This document shows positions 25,805-38,031 of a DNA stretch of 64,000 nucleotides, one piece after another. The stretch is from Amphiscolops sp. MND2022 (lineage: Eukaryota), in contig OZ076409.1 in assembly GCA_964187785.1 (NCBI GenBank), positions 55,492,001 through 55,556,000 on the forward strand. Reading direction: 5' to 3'. The notes under the pieces are model-generated. The model was not told the DNA's origin, made no database searches, and was given only the letters and a program-made list of their open reading frames with translations. Position 1 is the first letter of the stretch, and every line of letters starts with the position of its first letter. A program made the translations under genes and the position numbers.

Positions 25805-26059
25805 AATACAGTTATTCTCAGACACTTTTGTATCATCCAGGTTTCACTGCCATTGGTCTTGGTGGAACGGAGGTGAAACTTTGTTTGAACTCTCACACGT
25901 GTTTTCTTTGTGGAGTTCTGCCAGAACCTGTCACGGGTCAATGGGTCAGTGTAACGTGTCAAAACGTTGATAAAAAAAGAACAGTTAACCAAGTACAGCT
26001 TAGCAACACCAGAATGCCACTCACGTTCTGCGAAGTGCAAGTGTATGGAATCGAAAATG
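25805..26059 (+). CDS. Host exon, C-terminal half of the F-type lectin-like domain
   Basis: Reads CGVLPEPVTGQWVSVTC...LTFCEVQVYG with a GTTAGT donor at 26060. The phase-1 AAG acceptor at 25802-25804 is weak. Confidence 0.78.
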
Positions 26060-26546
26060 GTTAGTTTGATTTTGTTACCCAGATTCTTGGAAAAAAGTTT
26101 CTGACAGTTTCTCTTAAGATGAAAGAACGTTGAAAAGCAGCCAGTGGTTCATCCATGCTGATTTATGACAGTTGATTTGGAAATGAAATTTTGAAATGTA
26201 CTTTTTTCAGAAAAGTTCAATCCTTCAAAAACCTTGTTGTTTAAACTCCAGTTGGATCCTTCAATAATAAAATACTATTCTGATCAAATCACTGACCACC
26301 GAGTTTTCTTTTTGACAATGGATGAGTCTCCTGTAAATGCATTTGAAGCTGAAGTAGAAGTTATCATCTAATAAAACCGTAGTTAAAGAAAAATAATTAG
26401 TTCTCATAACTTTTTGACTCCCAGTAGTGATCCGAAATACCCGTAGTCTTCCATACCAAGTCGGATGGCTTAATCATTAAGCAGTTTATTTATTCTCGAA
26501 AGATTATTGAAAAATTTCGAGAATTGCTTCAAAAATCCGAACAACA

Positions 26547-27127
26547 TTTTTAGTCGGCGCTTTTAAAGAAAAGCGCTCGACTCTTAAATTGGGTAGTTTT
26601 TTCAGACGCGTAAGATCCACTTTTTGTTCATTTGTTCAACAACTCGAACTTAGGAGGTTCAAAACACTGGAAACCTCAAAACCTCGTCAGAAACAAAAAA
26701 AAACAAAATCGACATCCAGAACCTCGAAAACATACTAAGAATCCCCCTTTGGTTATCTTTATTCTGTTTTTCACTTGGATGTTTTCGGCACAATGAGACT
26801 TTTTCGAAACTTTTTTGATTACACCAAAGGAACTCAAGGCGTCCTTTGATTACACCATCAATTGCTTCGATAATTTTCAACAGAATGGATGTTGAAAATT
26901 ACCAAAAGGTTCCCCTTTTACGTTTTTCCGCACTGTGACACTGTTCAAAAATCTCAGTTTTTGATAATTTTTTCGAAAATTTTTCAATGTCTCCAAAGGG
27001 TCCCCCTTCAGTTTTTTCCTTATTCTGCAACTGAAAAGCTCAAAGTGTCCCCTTTAACAATTTTGAAAACTTTGCGCTTTCTGAGCCTTAGATATAGTGC
27101 GGTGTTTGGCCGTTCCCGGCGTGTTTT
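26547..27127 (+). mobile_element. HINE/DINE-1-like Helentron-associated element
   Basis: 5' TTTTTAGTCGGCGCTT..AAGCGCTCGACT (subTIR plus inverted repeat). 3' decayed subTIR followed by a GCCG-TTCC-CGGC stem-loop and TGTTTT. Confidence 0.7.
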
Positions 27128-28718
27128 AATAAAAAAGTCCATGACCATGATCGTTTAAGGTGGTTTCCTGGCAAGAAAATCTCTTCAGTATCTCATACGC
27201 TTGTTCAGAATTACTCAAAATGATGAACTCTTTTCCAAGCATTTAATAAGGTCGAATTGCCAAATTAACCCTAAAAAACACCATTGCAACAAAAAATAGT
27301 GCGAAACGTTTCACTTATAAGCGCTGTCGTATTCTCTATTACTATCATTAGAGTCTAGGGAACTCTCTCTAGCGTTCTGAATAGAAATACTCTTCTTTTC
27401 GTTCTTTTTGAGCTGTTTGGATGTGGTTTGATTTGTCAGAGTACCATCGGAACTCCTATGTATTCCAACACACTGAAGGTCCAATCTTGCATTTAACCCG
27501 TTCTCCAATGCGCCAACTCCGGAATCACTTACTCAATTAGTGCAGTGTTTACTGCTATTAATATTTGAGAAACTAGACTTAAATTTCCTCTAAATTTTTT
27601 TTGTCTCCTGATAATTTAACTTTGTATTGATCACGACAACTGTCTCTGCAGTCTTCTCACTATTTCCTCTACTATTGCTGTTTAAAAGTGATCTAAAATC
27701 CTCTTCCAACATAAGATATCAGTAATCTCTTATAGTCCGACTAACACTGAGTCAACTTGTTACCTGTTGTCAGGGTGAATTGGGAACCATTTCCAGGGAA
27801 ATTTCCCAACATAATTTCCATATTTTCAAAATCAGACTTTACGTCCGATTGTCTGTAGCGCTTTTTTCAGCTTTTTTTCTGATTGAAGGCACAATGAAAT
27901 TAAAAAAAGTTCGAAACTAAATCGATCAAAGGTCTGAGAGCTTAATTAAGTATTGGAACAGAGCAGCGGTATGTATATTGGCTTGACAGTTGTGGTTTGA
28001 TTAAATGTCCTCCTTTTAACATCAAACAACCAAACAACTTCGATATATACTTAGCCGACCATCACACTTCTAAATTAGAGTGTCACGCTGCTAAAAATAC
28101 ATACAAAATTAGGCCACTGAGACTATGAATAGATTGGAACTATAACAACACATTACGTCACAACCTAAAGTGTTCTGCAAAGAGCAGCTATAATTATTTC
28201 ATATCTAGAACAAAAAAACATTATAAACTGCTTACATGACCGCAAGTTTACAAGCTCTAAACCTGTATGAAACTAACAAAGCATCATGGTTTTAAAATGG
28301 ACATAAAGTTCGCTTGACTACAGCACAAGTACGATTGATCTAAATGCGGTAATCTGATTTGTTGGATTAGTTTGCGGTTAACGCGTCAACTGGAGTACAG
28401 CTTTGTACCACTCGAACGCGTTTTGTTTTCAGATTTAAGTTGTACATTTTGAGTTTTTCTGATTTACTGCACTCACAACAGTATTAGCAGAGTCTATTAT
28501 GTACAATTTCGTGTACATGGGAAATAACACTTATGGTTAAATCTAGTCGTATAACAATATCACTAGAAAATATACATGACAATGAGATATCCGTTCATTG
28601 CTAGGTGGTAGCTTGTGACAACGGCTGTTTCAGCAAACATATCCCACGACAATACAAAATGCATTTCCATTTGATTCTGTACATTAAATTGAATGATTCT
28701 ATTTCGTCAAGTGGTAAC

Positions 28719-29333
28719 TGTCATGCCGGAAGCATGAATGAAACTGATAAAAAACATTCTAAACATTAAAAACTCAGTTAAATGTAATACTCTTGATATT
28801 TCAATAACCATGAATTACCATTGAACAATGACGGGCCTATCCTATCATCATTACTACTTTCCAAGAATAAAATCAATTTGTAAAGGTTGGCATCATTTAC
28901 TCATTACACGCTACGTACAAGGGCTTTCATCATTTTTAACTTCATCAGTAATCTGTAGTATTATATATAACAATGGTATGACACCATCATCATAGATTCA
29001 ATTTGTATCAACCAACGCAATACTAAAGTGATAGATGATTCATGTAACCATGGTAACATATCGGCGCTATCTTTTGTACCAAACGCCATTTACGTTGCTA
29101 CCAGCAGGACGCACCAATTAACACCTAATCAATAGCGCAATACTATTGGTCAATGCAGTCACGTGACCAGCTTCAGTGAAAATTGCGACAAGTGTTGAAA
29201 TTCCTTCAGTACAATTTAACTTCAGCTAACGTAGTATTGCTTACCTCATTGATTTACGCAAAACTTGATATTCACATTTTCAACTTGATCAATAAACCTT
29301 TAAAACAGCAATTCCTTTCGAAGATTTTGAAGA
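28719..29333 (+). mobile_element. Truncated 5' LTR of family B
   Basis: Matches 42768-43382 up to TTTTGAAGA, then joins directly to RT sequence. Confidence 0.92.
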
Positions 29334-32300
29334 ACGGGAAACTTCGGATATTAGTCGACTTGAGGCGGATCAACCACCTCCTCAAAAACGACTACAACAA
29401 ACACAACCATCCAGTAACAACAATTGCCGATGCAGCCCAGCACATGGCTGGCAAGAAGTACTTTTGCAAGCTTGACTGTTCGCAAGCTTACACCTGCCTC
29501 CAAATGGCCGTCGAACAGTCAATACAACTTCTGGCATTCAATTTTGGCAGCAGAACCTTTGCTTATCTCCGACTTGCGCAAGGGTTGAACAGGTCTTTGT
29601 CTGCATTCAACAGCACAATTCGCGAGTATCTGGATGCACTAGTAAAAGCAGACAAATGTGCCCAATATGTCGACAACATTGGGATCGCTGCCAACAATGT
29701 GGACGAACTGATAATCAACATCGAAGCAGTTTTCCTGCAGATACAGAAAGCAGGACTAAAGTTGTCGTTGTCCAAATGCGCTTTTGGCCACCCGAAGATC
29801 GAGTTCTTGGGTAGAAACATCACTACCAAAGGGATCGCACTGCTTCAGGACAAGACCGACAAATTCCTCAACAACTTGAAACTACCAACGTCAGTCAAAT
29901 CACTGCAACGCTATATCGGATTTGTACAGTTCTACAGACAATACAGACCGATGTTGGCAGAAAAGCTCGTAACCTCTGTACAAGTTACTACAGAAAGACG
30001 TCAAGTTCGCCCTGACACAGGTTCACAAGGACGCAATCTTCGACATCAATCAGAACCTGGCACGGGCTGCTAAACTGTCTCTTCGACTACCCCTGCCAGA
30101 CAAACAGATAGTCATCATGTGCGACGCGAGCGAACACGCAGCAGGATACGTACTCCTCATTGAAGACTACACCGAAGCCAATGATGGACAGAAGAAGACA
30201 TACGCCCCGGGAGCATTTGGCTCGCAACGATTTACTGAAGGTCAAATGTCATTGACCATGTGTGCGAAAGAATTCCTCGCAATGCACTTCGCCTTCGACG
30301 AATTTGCTCACATACTGTGGGGAGTCAAAAACCCACAATTGTGATGACGGATTACAAAGCACTGACCCGCTTTTTCCAATCGAAACGAATCCCACCAACG
30401 CTGTGGAACCATTGCGACCAAGCACTGCAGTTTGATTTTGTCCTGGCTCACGTCCCTGGAGTCGAGAATCCTGCAGCAGACTACTTGTCAAGACTCGATA
30501 TAAACCCTGAGGACAGGATACACTTCGAATTGAACGACCAGATCCCAGTCCACCACATCGAGATAGATCTTGCGGCCAAAACCCCAAAACAGGACGATGA
30601 CGAGGAAGACTACGATCCTGACAAACAGCAACCCGATGTAACGACGATCACTACACCAAACCAACCCGAGACCACTGCTCCCACTGACGACTTTGCGAAA
30701 ATGCAGTCTTTGCTAAACTCCCTGGCGAGCAACCACCATCAACATGACGATGAACGCCTCAAAATGATTCAACTCATCAGCAGACACCTTGAACCAGTTC
30801 TGGCAGGCGACGCCCCTTCCGTCATACTAACGAGGTTTACCAGACGTCATCACCCCAACTCGGAAAATCAGGTATGCCCATATGGGGATTCACAAACTAT
30901 CCAGGACCAGTTAAGTGACCAGGAGATCCAAAAAATGGTTCGCATTTTAACAAACAACGAACCACTGCCAAGCCACGTTAACTTTACCAGTTCTTTTTTC
31001 CAAAAACTTGTAAAAAGCAGAAAACGACTTGAAGTTGTCAACAAGGTCTTGTATAGGAACTTTTTTGATAACACTGGCAGAATTCTACTTACACAAATTG
31101 TAGTACCTCCAGAAACTACTATGCCCATAATCAGGACAATGCATGGCGACCCCATGCAGGGACGACCTGGGGCATCAAAAATGTTGGTAGCGTTATTACA
31201 TACCAAACGCGAGTTAACACGTGTCAAAGTACGTAAGTAACTGTATTGAGTGCATAAAAGCAAAACCTGTTAACCGGAAACGACTGACGCCTCCTTTGGA
31301 AAAGATCTACGACCCCTGCAACGGTCCGGAAGACGTACTGGAAATTAATTTGGTAGGCGAGCTACCTAATTCAAACGGATATACGCACATCCTGACGGCG
31401 TGCGACTACTTCTCGCGTTATCTGTTCGCGGTACCGATCCGAGAACCAGATGCGAAATCCGTGGTGAAAGCACTCATGCAAATATTCACCCAACACGCCT
31501 ACGTCCCGAAAACAATAATCGCTGACAAAGGCACAGCTTTCATATCCAGCATCATGACCGAAATAATGAAAACTGCGGAAATCAAGATCGACCACGCTAC
31601 TGTAAAGCACGCCCAAACCATAGGGATGGTGGAACGTTCCCACCAAAAACTGAAACAGATTCTGAAAATTAACGTTTTCGCTGACTCCCCACAATGGGAT
31701 AGGTACGTTAACATTGCAGTAATGGCACATAACACAACCTACCACCAATCACTCAAGTGTGCTCCAAGCGAAGTCTTCCACGGTAGGATTCCGTTTAACG
31801 AACTAGATCTCAAATTCGGCAACCCCCTGAAGTGTGAGACTACGGAAACTGACCTAACGAGACTAGTTGATCAAGTGAATGAGAAGTACCGACAAGTGAA
31901 CGACAATATACTACAAGCGTACCATAAGTACAGAAGGTATTACGACCGCAAAGCTCAAGCGTTATCGTTAAAAGTCAACGACTTCACCTTCCTGCTTAAT
32001 CCCAAACTCACAACACAGTCCGACAAAATTAACTTCAGTGACTTCAAATGGGAAGGTCCCTTCAAAGTAATTAAAGTCCTAGCAAACTTCAACTACATAA
32101 TCAGGAAAGTTGGCACTTTCCGAACGCAGTGCGTGCAAAGGATGCGACTACGTCCCTTTACACCGAACGCACCAATACCGGACATTGAAGACGACTCAAA
32201 TCGCTTGTTCGCTGACCCTGACGTGGCCGATGATCAAGCGCTCTTCAATGACCAAATACCTCAATACCCTCACATCGAACCGGTACCAGAAATTGTAGAC

Positions 32301-32660
32301 CAAGAAGAAATCGACAGCGAGCATGGCAACATTTATTATGAGCACGTGCGGAAGTTACGTGATCAAACAACTCCGCAACCAATTCCTGAAGGTCCACCCG
32401 AAACCTGTGAACAAACTTATGACAACTCAGCCGCTTATAACGACACACACAACGAATCTGCTACCGAAGCAAACGAATCTGTTACTGAACATACCACGAC
32501 AATTCACAATGAGCACAACCATACGACGTCGCGTAACAACGCAACACGGTACAACCTCCGAACCGAGCCGCAACCGAAAACCTACAAAGACTTCTTAGTT
32601 CACGAACTCCGAGTCAAACCAGCTTTGCTAAAATTCAGGCAAGACAGACCCGTCAACTAA
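29334..32660 (+). pseudogene. pol: Degenerate pol (RT, RNase H, integrase)
   Basis: GKLRILVDLRRIN, KLDCSQAY, YVDN (normally YVDD), CDASEHAAG, VMTDYKAL, ENPAADYLSR, CIEC, EINLVG (normally a catalytic D), ADKGT, GMVERS, WEGPFKV. Several frameshifts. Confidence 0.95.
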
Positions 32661-32686
32661 AACTCATGCAAACATAACATCTGTTT

Positions 32687-32735
32687 TTCCTCTTGCTGGC
32701 AACTCGTAGGATTCGCCTCGTGTCAGTAATGGGAG
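32687..32735 (+). other. Conserved RNA stem-loop motif just 3' of the pol stop (further copies at 33744-33774, 35291-35321, 36835-36865)
   Basis: 31-nt core CTGG(CA/TG)A(C/T)TCGTAGG(A/C)TTCGCCTCG(T/C)GTCAG with compensatory pairs and G-U-rich outer stems. Confidence 0.6.
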
Positions 32736-33280
32736 TGTTCTACACTCTCCCCACAAAAAAAGAGTCTCGTAACACATACATGTAAATTAAATCAAGTATC
32801 TACGAAGAAAACCGATACTGAAAAATACCACAAATAACGTCTGACACTCACTGTCATTAAATTTCAAAATTACCGGTCGGAGCATATTTCCGCCCTTAAC
32901 CGGCTAACGAACGACAGACGAGACACCTGTAACACAGTTACACACACCGTGTCACTACATGTTACTTAACGTTTCACTCTATTCCGACAGTGGAATGAAC
33001 AAAAAGAAACATCTAACGCTGTCAAGCATACCACGTCAATCTTACCATAAATAAAAAACACATGCATTTAACTGAATGTAGCCTACATCACCACATGTAA
33101 CAACCATACCATCGAATTACTTATTTTATTTTACACCATTCAGTGCCGACTGATACTCACTGTCCTGCAGACCCGAGTTTTACTGGCAGAGTAAATTGTT
33201 ACTCTCTACCGAGACAGCTATGCGCGAAAGTGAATACATGTAATGCAGTCACATGCACCACATCAACCTAACCGGAAATT

Positions 33281-36200
33281 ACTAAGTACATGTAAAACAC
33301 TTGTAAGCGAGCCACTAAATTATTCATTTCACGAAAATCTCCAACCACACGCCTTCAAAGGAATTGCTTTGCAATTCCGTATCCAACAACTCTGAATCAA
33401 CTGAATTCGTCGCTTTGGAAAACATAATAGCCCACAAACGAGAATGTACAAGAAATAGCCGATTCGTTTAAGTTACGTCACCAGAACCTAGTTTCAAACT
33501 TCCGCCCCGATTAACCATGATGTGGTTCGGCTGTGTGGGTGCGTCATCAAAAGCGCGTCTGTGTGGTTGGTCAAACATTCAGATGAAGCTTGCTCTTTAG
33601 CAAGTGGATTCGGTGTTAGTTTTGTATGGGTTTTTGCGACGGCAAATACCTTCCCAATTAACGAAAACAAAATCACTTTCCTTGGACAGTAACATGCAGA
33701 CGTCGCCCTCATTCGACTTTAAGTCGTGACGTTGTTGTTTTTACTGGTGATTCGTAGGCTTCGCCTCGCGTCAGGAGGAACAACGGTACGAAATACATGT
33801 AGTCACCATTACCACATAACCGGAATTCGAAACAAGAAATGGATCACACCACCCCTTGCCAAAATATTTAACGGACATGGGGAAACCCATTTTCCATTAA
33901 ATTAACGTTAACATTTGACACACGTTACGAGTGATGACGTCTCATGACACACATCAGCGATGACGACGTCGGAAATAACGCTCAATTTTACAACCAAAGT
34001 AATACATGTAAAGCACAAAAAATGATTGACACCTTAGAATGACACTTATGCTCCTAAACACCCGTTAAACCACACGCACTTAGAGTATATAAAGCATGCA
34101 AGACATTAGTTCGATCATTGGGAAGTAGCGGTGCAGCTCCGTTCATTCACCTTGGTGTAACCACAGGGTATCAGTACCACTTTCCGAGACCTGTGGGCAA
34201 ACCTCCGTGAATGAAACTCTGTCTTAAGTGGTGGCTACGCAAGTAACCACCATGCAATCTCACTAGAATAAGAAACAACTCTATTCAGTCTCCTAACAAA
34301 ATGAAACGAGCTAACGAAATTCTCATGTAAAAAATTTGTATAACGTAGGCAACATGTAAAGTCAACTTCAGTAACGATGCTGGAAGCAAAACAAAATAAG
34401 GTCAAAGGTCATGCACCAACAACAACTGAATACTACAAATCATGAACAACAAACAACACAACGGGTATGCGGCATGAACCAAAAATCATCAAAATGAAAA
34501 CTGAAAAACAAGTTCAACGTTCTAAAACATGTAAATTAACCGGAAGTCAAACAAAAAAAACTGCACGTTAGCACAACTAGCCTCTTGTGTCCTCTGATAT
34601 ATCCAAAACCGCTCCCGCAGTAAAACAACAAAATCATATATGAACTATCCGCTCAGAAGCAAAACTTTCAAATTTGATACAAGTCATTCGAACAGGCAAC
34701 AAACTACCCTCTACAAAATTAAGCTCAACACAGTTTAGTTCACAACTATTGATCCGACGAATCACGGATGGCTTGCTTCGTCCGCTTGCTAGTAGACAGT
34801 GGCTCATCAACACTGGACAATTGAGTACTAAGTACATGTAAAACACGTGTAAGCGAGCCACTAATTTATTCAATTCACGAATATCTCCAACCACACGCCT
34901 TCAAAGGAATTGCTTTGCAATTCCGTATCCAACAACTCTGAATCCACTGAATTCGTCGCTTTGGCAAACATTGTAGCCCACAAACGAGAATGTACAAGAA
35001 TTAGCCGATTCGTTTAAGTTACGTCACCAGAACCTAGTTTCAAACTTCCGCCTCGATTAACCATGATGTGGTTCGGCTGTGTGGGTGCGTCATCAAAAGC
35101 GCGTCTGTGTGGTTGGTCAAACATTCAGATGAAGCTTGCTCTTTAGCAAGTGGATTCGGGTGTTAGTTTTGTATGGGTTTTTGCGACGGCAAAAACCTTC
35201 CCAATTAACGAAAACAAAAACACTTTCCTTGGAAAGTAACATGCAGACGTCGCCCTCATTCGACTTTAAGTCGTGACGTTGTTGTTTTTACTGGTGATTC
35301 GTAGGCTCCGCCTCGCGTCAGGAGGAACAACGGTACGAAATACATGTAGTCACCATTACCACGTAACCGGAATTCGAAACAAGAAATGGATCACACCACC
35401 CCTTGCCAAAATATTTAACGGACATGGGGAAACCCATTTTCCATTAATTTAACGTTAACATTTGACACACGTTACGAGTGATGACGTCTCATGACACACA
35501 TCAACGATGACGACGTCGGAACCAACGCTCAATTTTACAACCAAAGTAATACATGTAAAGCACGAAAAATGATTGACACCTTAGAATGACACTTATGCTC
35601 CTAAACACCCGTTAAACCACACGCACTTAGAGTATATAAAGCATGCAAGACATTAGTTCGATCATTGGGAAGGAGCGGTGCAGCTCCGTTCATTCACCTT
35701 GGTGTAACCACAGGGTATCAGTACCACTTTCCGAGACCTGTGGGCAAACCTCCGTGAATGAAACTGTCTTAAGTGGTGGCTACGCAAGTAACCACCATGC
35801 AATCTCACTAGAATACGAAACCACTCTATTCAGTCTCCTAACAAAATGAAACGAGCTAACGAAATTCCCATGTAAAAAATTTGTATAACGTAGGCAACAT
35901 GTAAAGTCAACTTCAGTAACGATGCTGGAAGCAAAACAAAATAAGGTCAAAGGTCATGCACCAACGACAACTGAATACTACAAATCATGAACAACAAACA
36001 ACACAACGGGTATGCGGCATGAACCAAAAATCATCAAAATGAAAACTGAAAAACAAGTTCAACGTTCTAAAACATGTAAATTAACCGGAAGTCAAACAAA
36101 AAAACTGCACGTTAGCACAACTAGCCACTTGTGTCCTCTGATATATCCAAAACCGCTCCCGCAGTAAAACAACAAAATCATAGATGAACTATCCGCTCAG

Positions 36201-37917
36201 AAGCAAAACATTCAAATTTGATACAAGTCATTCGAACAGGCAACAAACTACCATCTACAAAATTAAGCTCAACACAGTTTAGTTCACAACTATTGATCCG
36301 ACGAATCACGGATGGCTTGCTTCGTCCGCTTGCTAGTAGACAGTGGCTCATCAACACTGGACAATTGAGTACTAAGTACATGTAAAACACGTGTAAGCGA
36401 GCCACTAATTTATTCAATTCACGAATATCTCCAACCACACGCCTTCGAAGGAATTGCTTTGCAATTCCGTATCCAACATCTATGAATCAACTGAATTCGT
36501 CGCTTTGGCAAACATTGTAGCCCACAAACGAGAATGTACAAGAATTAGCCGATTCGTTTAAGTTACGTCACCAGAACCTAGTTTCAAATTTCCGCCCCGA
36601 TTAACCATGATGTGGTTCGGCTGTGTGGGTGCGTCATCAAAAGCGCGTCTGTGTGGTTGGTCAAACATTCAGATGAAGCTTGCTCTTTAGCAAGTGGATT
36701 CGGGTGTTAGTTTTGTATGGGTTTTTGCGACGGCAAAAACCTTCCCAATTAACGAAAACAAAAACACTTTCCTTGGAAAGTAACATGCAGACGTCGCCCT
36801 CATTCGACTTTAAGTCGTGACGTTGTTGTTTTTACTGGTGATTCGTAGGCTCCGCCTCGCGTCAGGAGGAACAACGGTACGAAATACATGTAGTCACCAT
36901 TACCACATAACCGGAATTCGAAACAAGAAATGGATCACACCACCCCTTGCCAAAATATTTAACGGACATGGGGAAACCCATTTTCCATTAAATTAACGTT
37001 AACATTTGACACACGTTACGAGTGATGACGTCTCATGACACACATCAGCGATGACGACGTCGGAACTAACGCTCAATTTTACAACCAAAGTAATACATGT
37101 AAAGCACAAAAAATGATTGACACCTTAGAATGACACTTATGCTCCTAAACACCCGTTAAACCACACGCACTTAGAGTATATAAAGCATGCAAGACATTAG
37201 TTTGATCATTGGGAAGGAGCGGTGCAGCTCCGTTCATTCACCTTGGTGTAACCACAGGGTATCAGTACCACTTTTCGAGACCTGTGGGCAAACCTCCGTG
37301 AATGAAACTCTGTCTTAAGTGGTGGCTACGCAAGTAACCACCATGCAATCTCACTAGAATAAGAAACAACTCTATTCAGTCTCCTAACAAAATGAAACGA
37401 GCTAACGAAATTCTCATGTAAAAAATTTGTACAACGTAGGCAACATGTAAAGTCAACTTCAGTAACGATGCTGGAAGCAAAACAAAATAAGGTCAAAGGT
37501 CATGCAACAACAACAACTGAATACTACAAATCATGAACAACAAACAACACAACGGGTATGCGGCATGAACCAAAAATCATCAAAATGAAAACTGAAAAAC
37601 AAGTTCAACGTTCTAAAACATGTAAATTAACCGGAAGTCAAACAAAAGAAACTGCCCGTTAGCACAACTAGCCTCTTGTGTCCTCTGATATATCCAAAAC
37701 CGCTCCCGCAGTAAAACAACAAAATCATATATGAACTATCCGCTCAGAAGCAAAACATTCAACTTTGATACAAGTCATTCGAACAGGCAACAAACTACCA
37801 TCTACAAAATTAAGCTCAACACAGTTTAGTTCACAACTATTCATCCGACCAATCACGGATGGCTTGCTTCGTCCGCTTGCTAGTAGACAGTGGCTCATCA
37901 ACACTGGACAATTGAGT
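33281..37917 (+). repeat. Three-copy tandem array of a ~1545-bp unit inside the retrotransposon
   Basis: Units 33281-34826, 34827-36370 and 36371-37917 each start ACTAAGTACATGTAAAACAC. They are near-identical with scattered SNPs. Confidence 0.95.
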
Positions 37918-38031
37918 ACCATGATCTGAAGCCTCACCAGCTGCCACAGATAACACCAGCGTCTTAGCTGCATGCGGCTTTCCGCCGGTTCGCCGTCCTT
38001 TTCCAGACTTCACCACTATGCTATGACCTCG

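Noticed and set aside
28920..28955. Hammerhead-like CTGATGA...GAAA on the minus strand of LTR B
   Set aside because: Stem II does not pair and no stems I/III were found.
29183..29333. N-terminal 50 aa of the 296-aa RT ORF
   Set aside because: TTG-started read-through of non-coding LTR sequence fused to RT by the deletion; not a real protein start.
34634..36438. Repeated 86-aa minus-strand ORFs
   Set aside because: Chimeric frames spanning tandem-unit junctions, with GTG starts and no motif.
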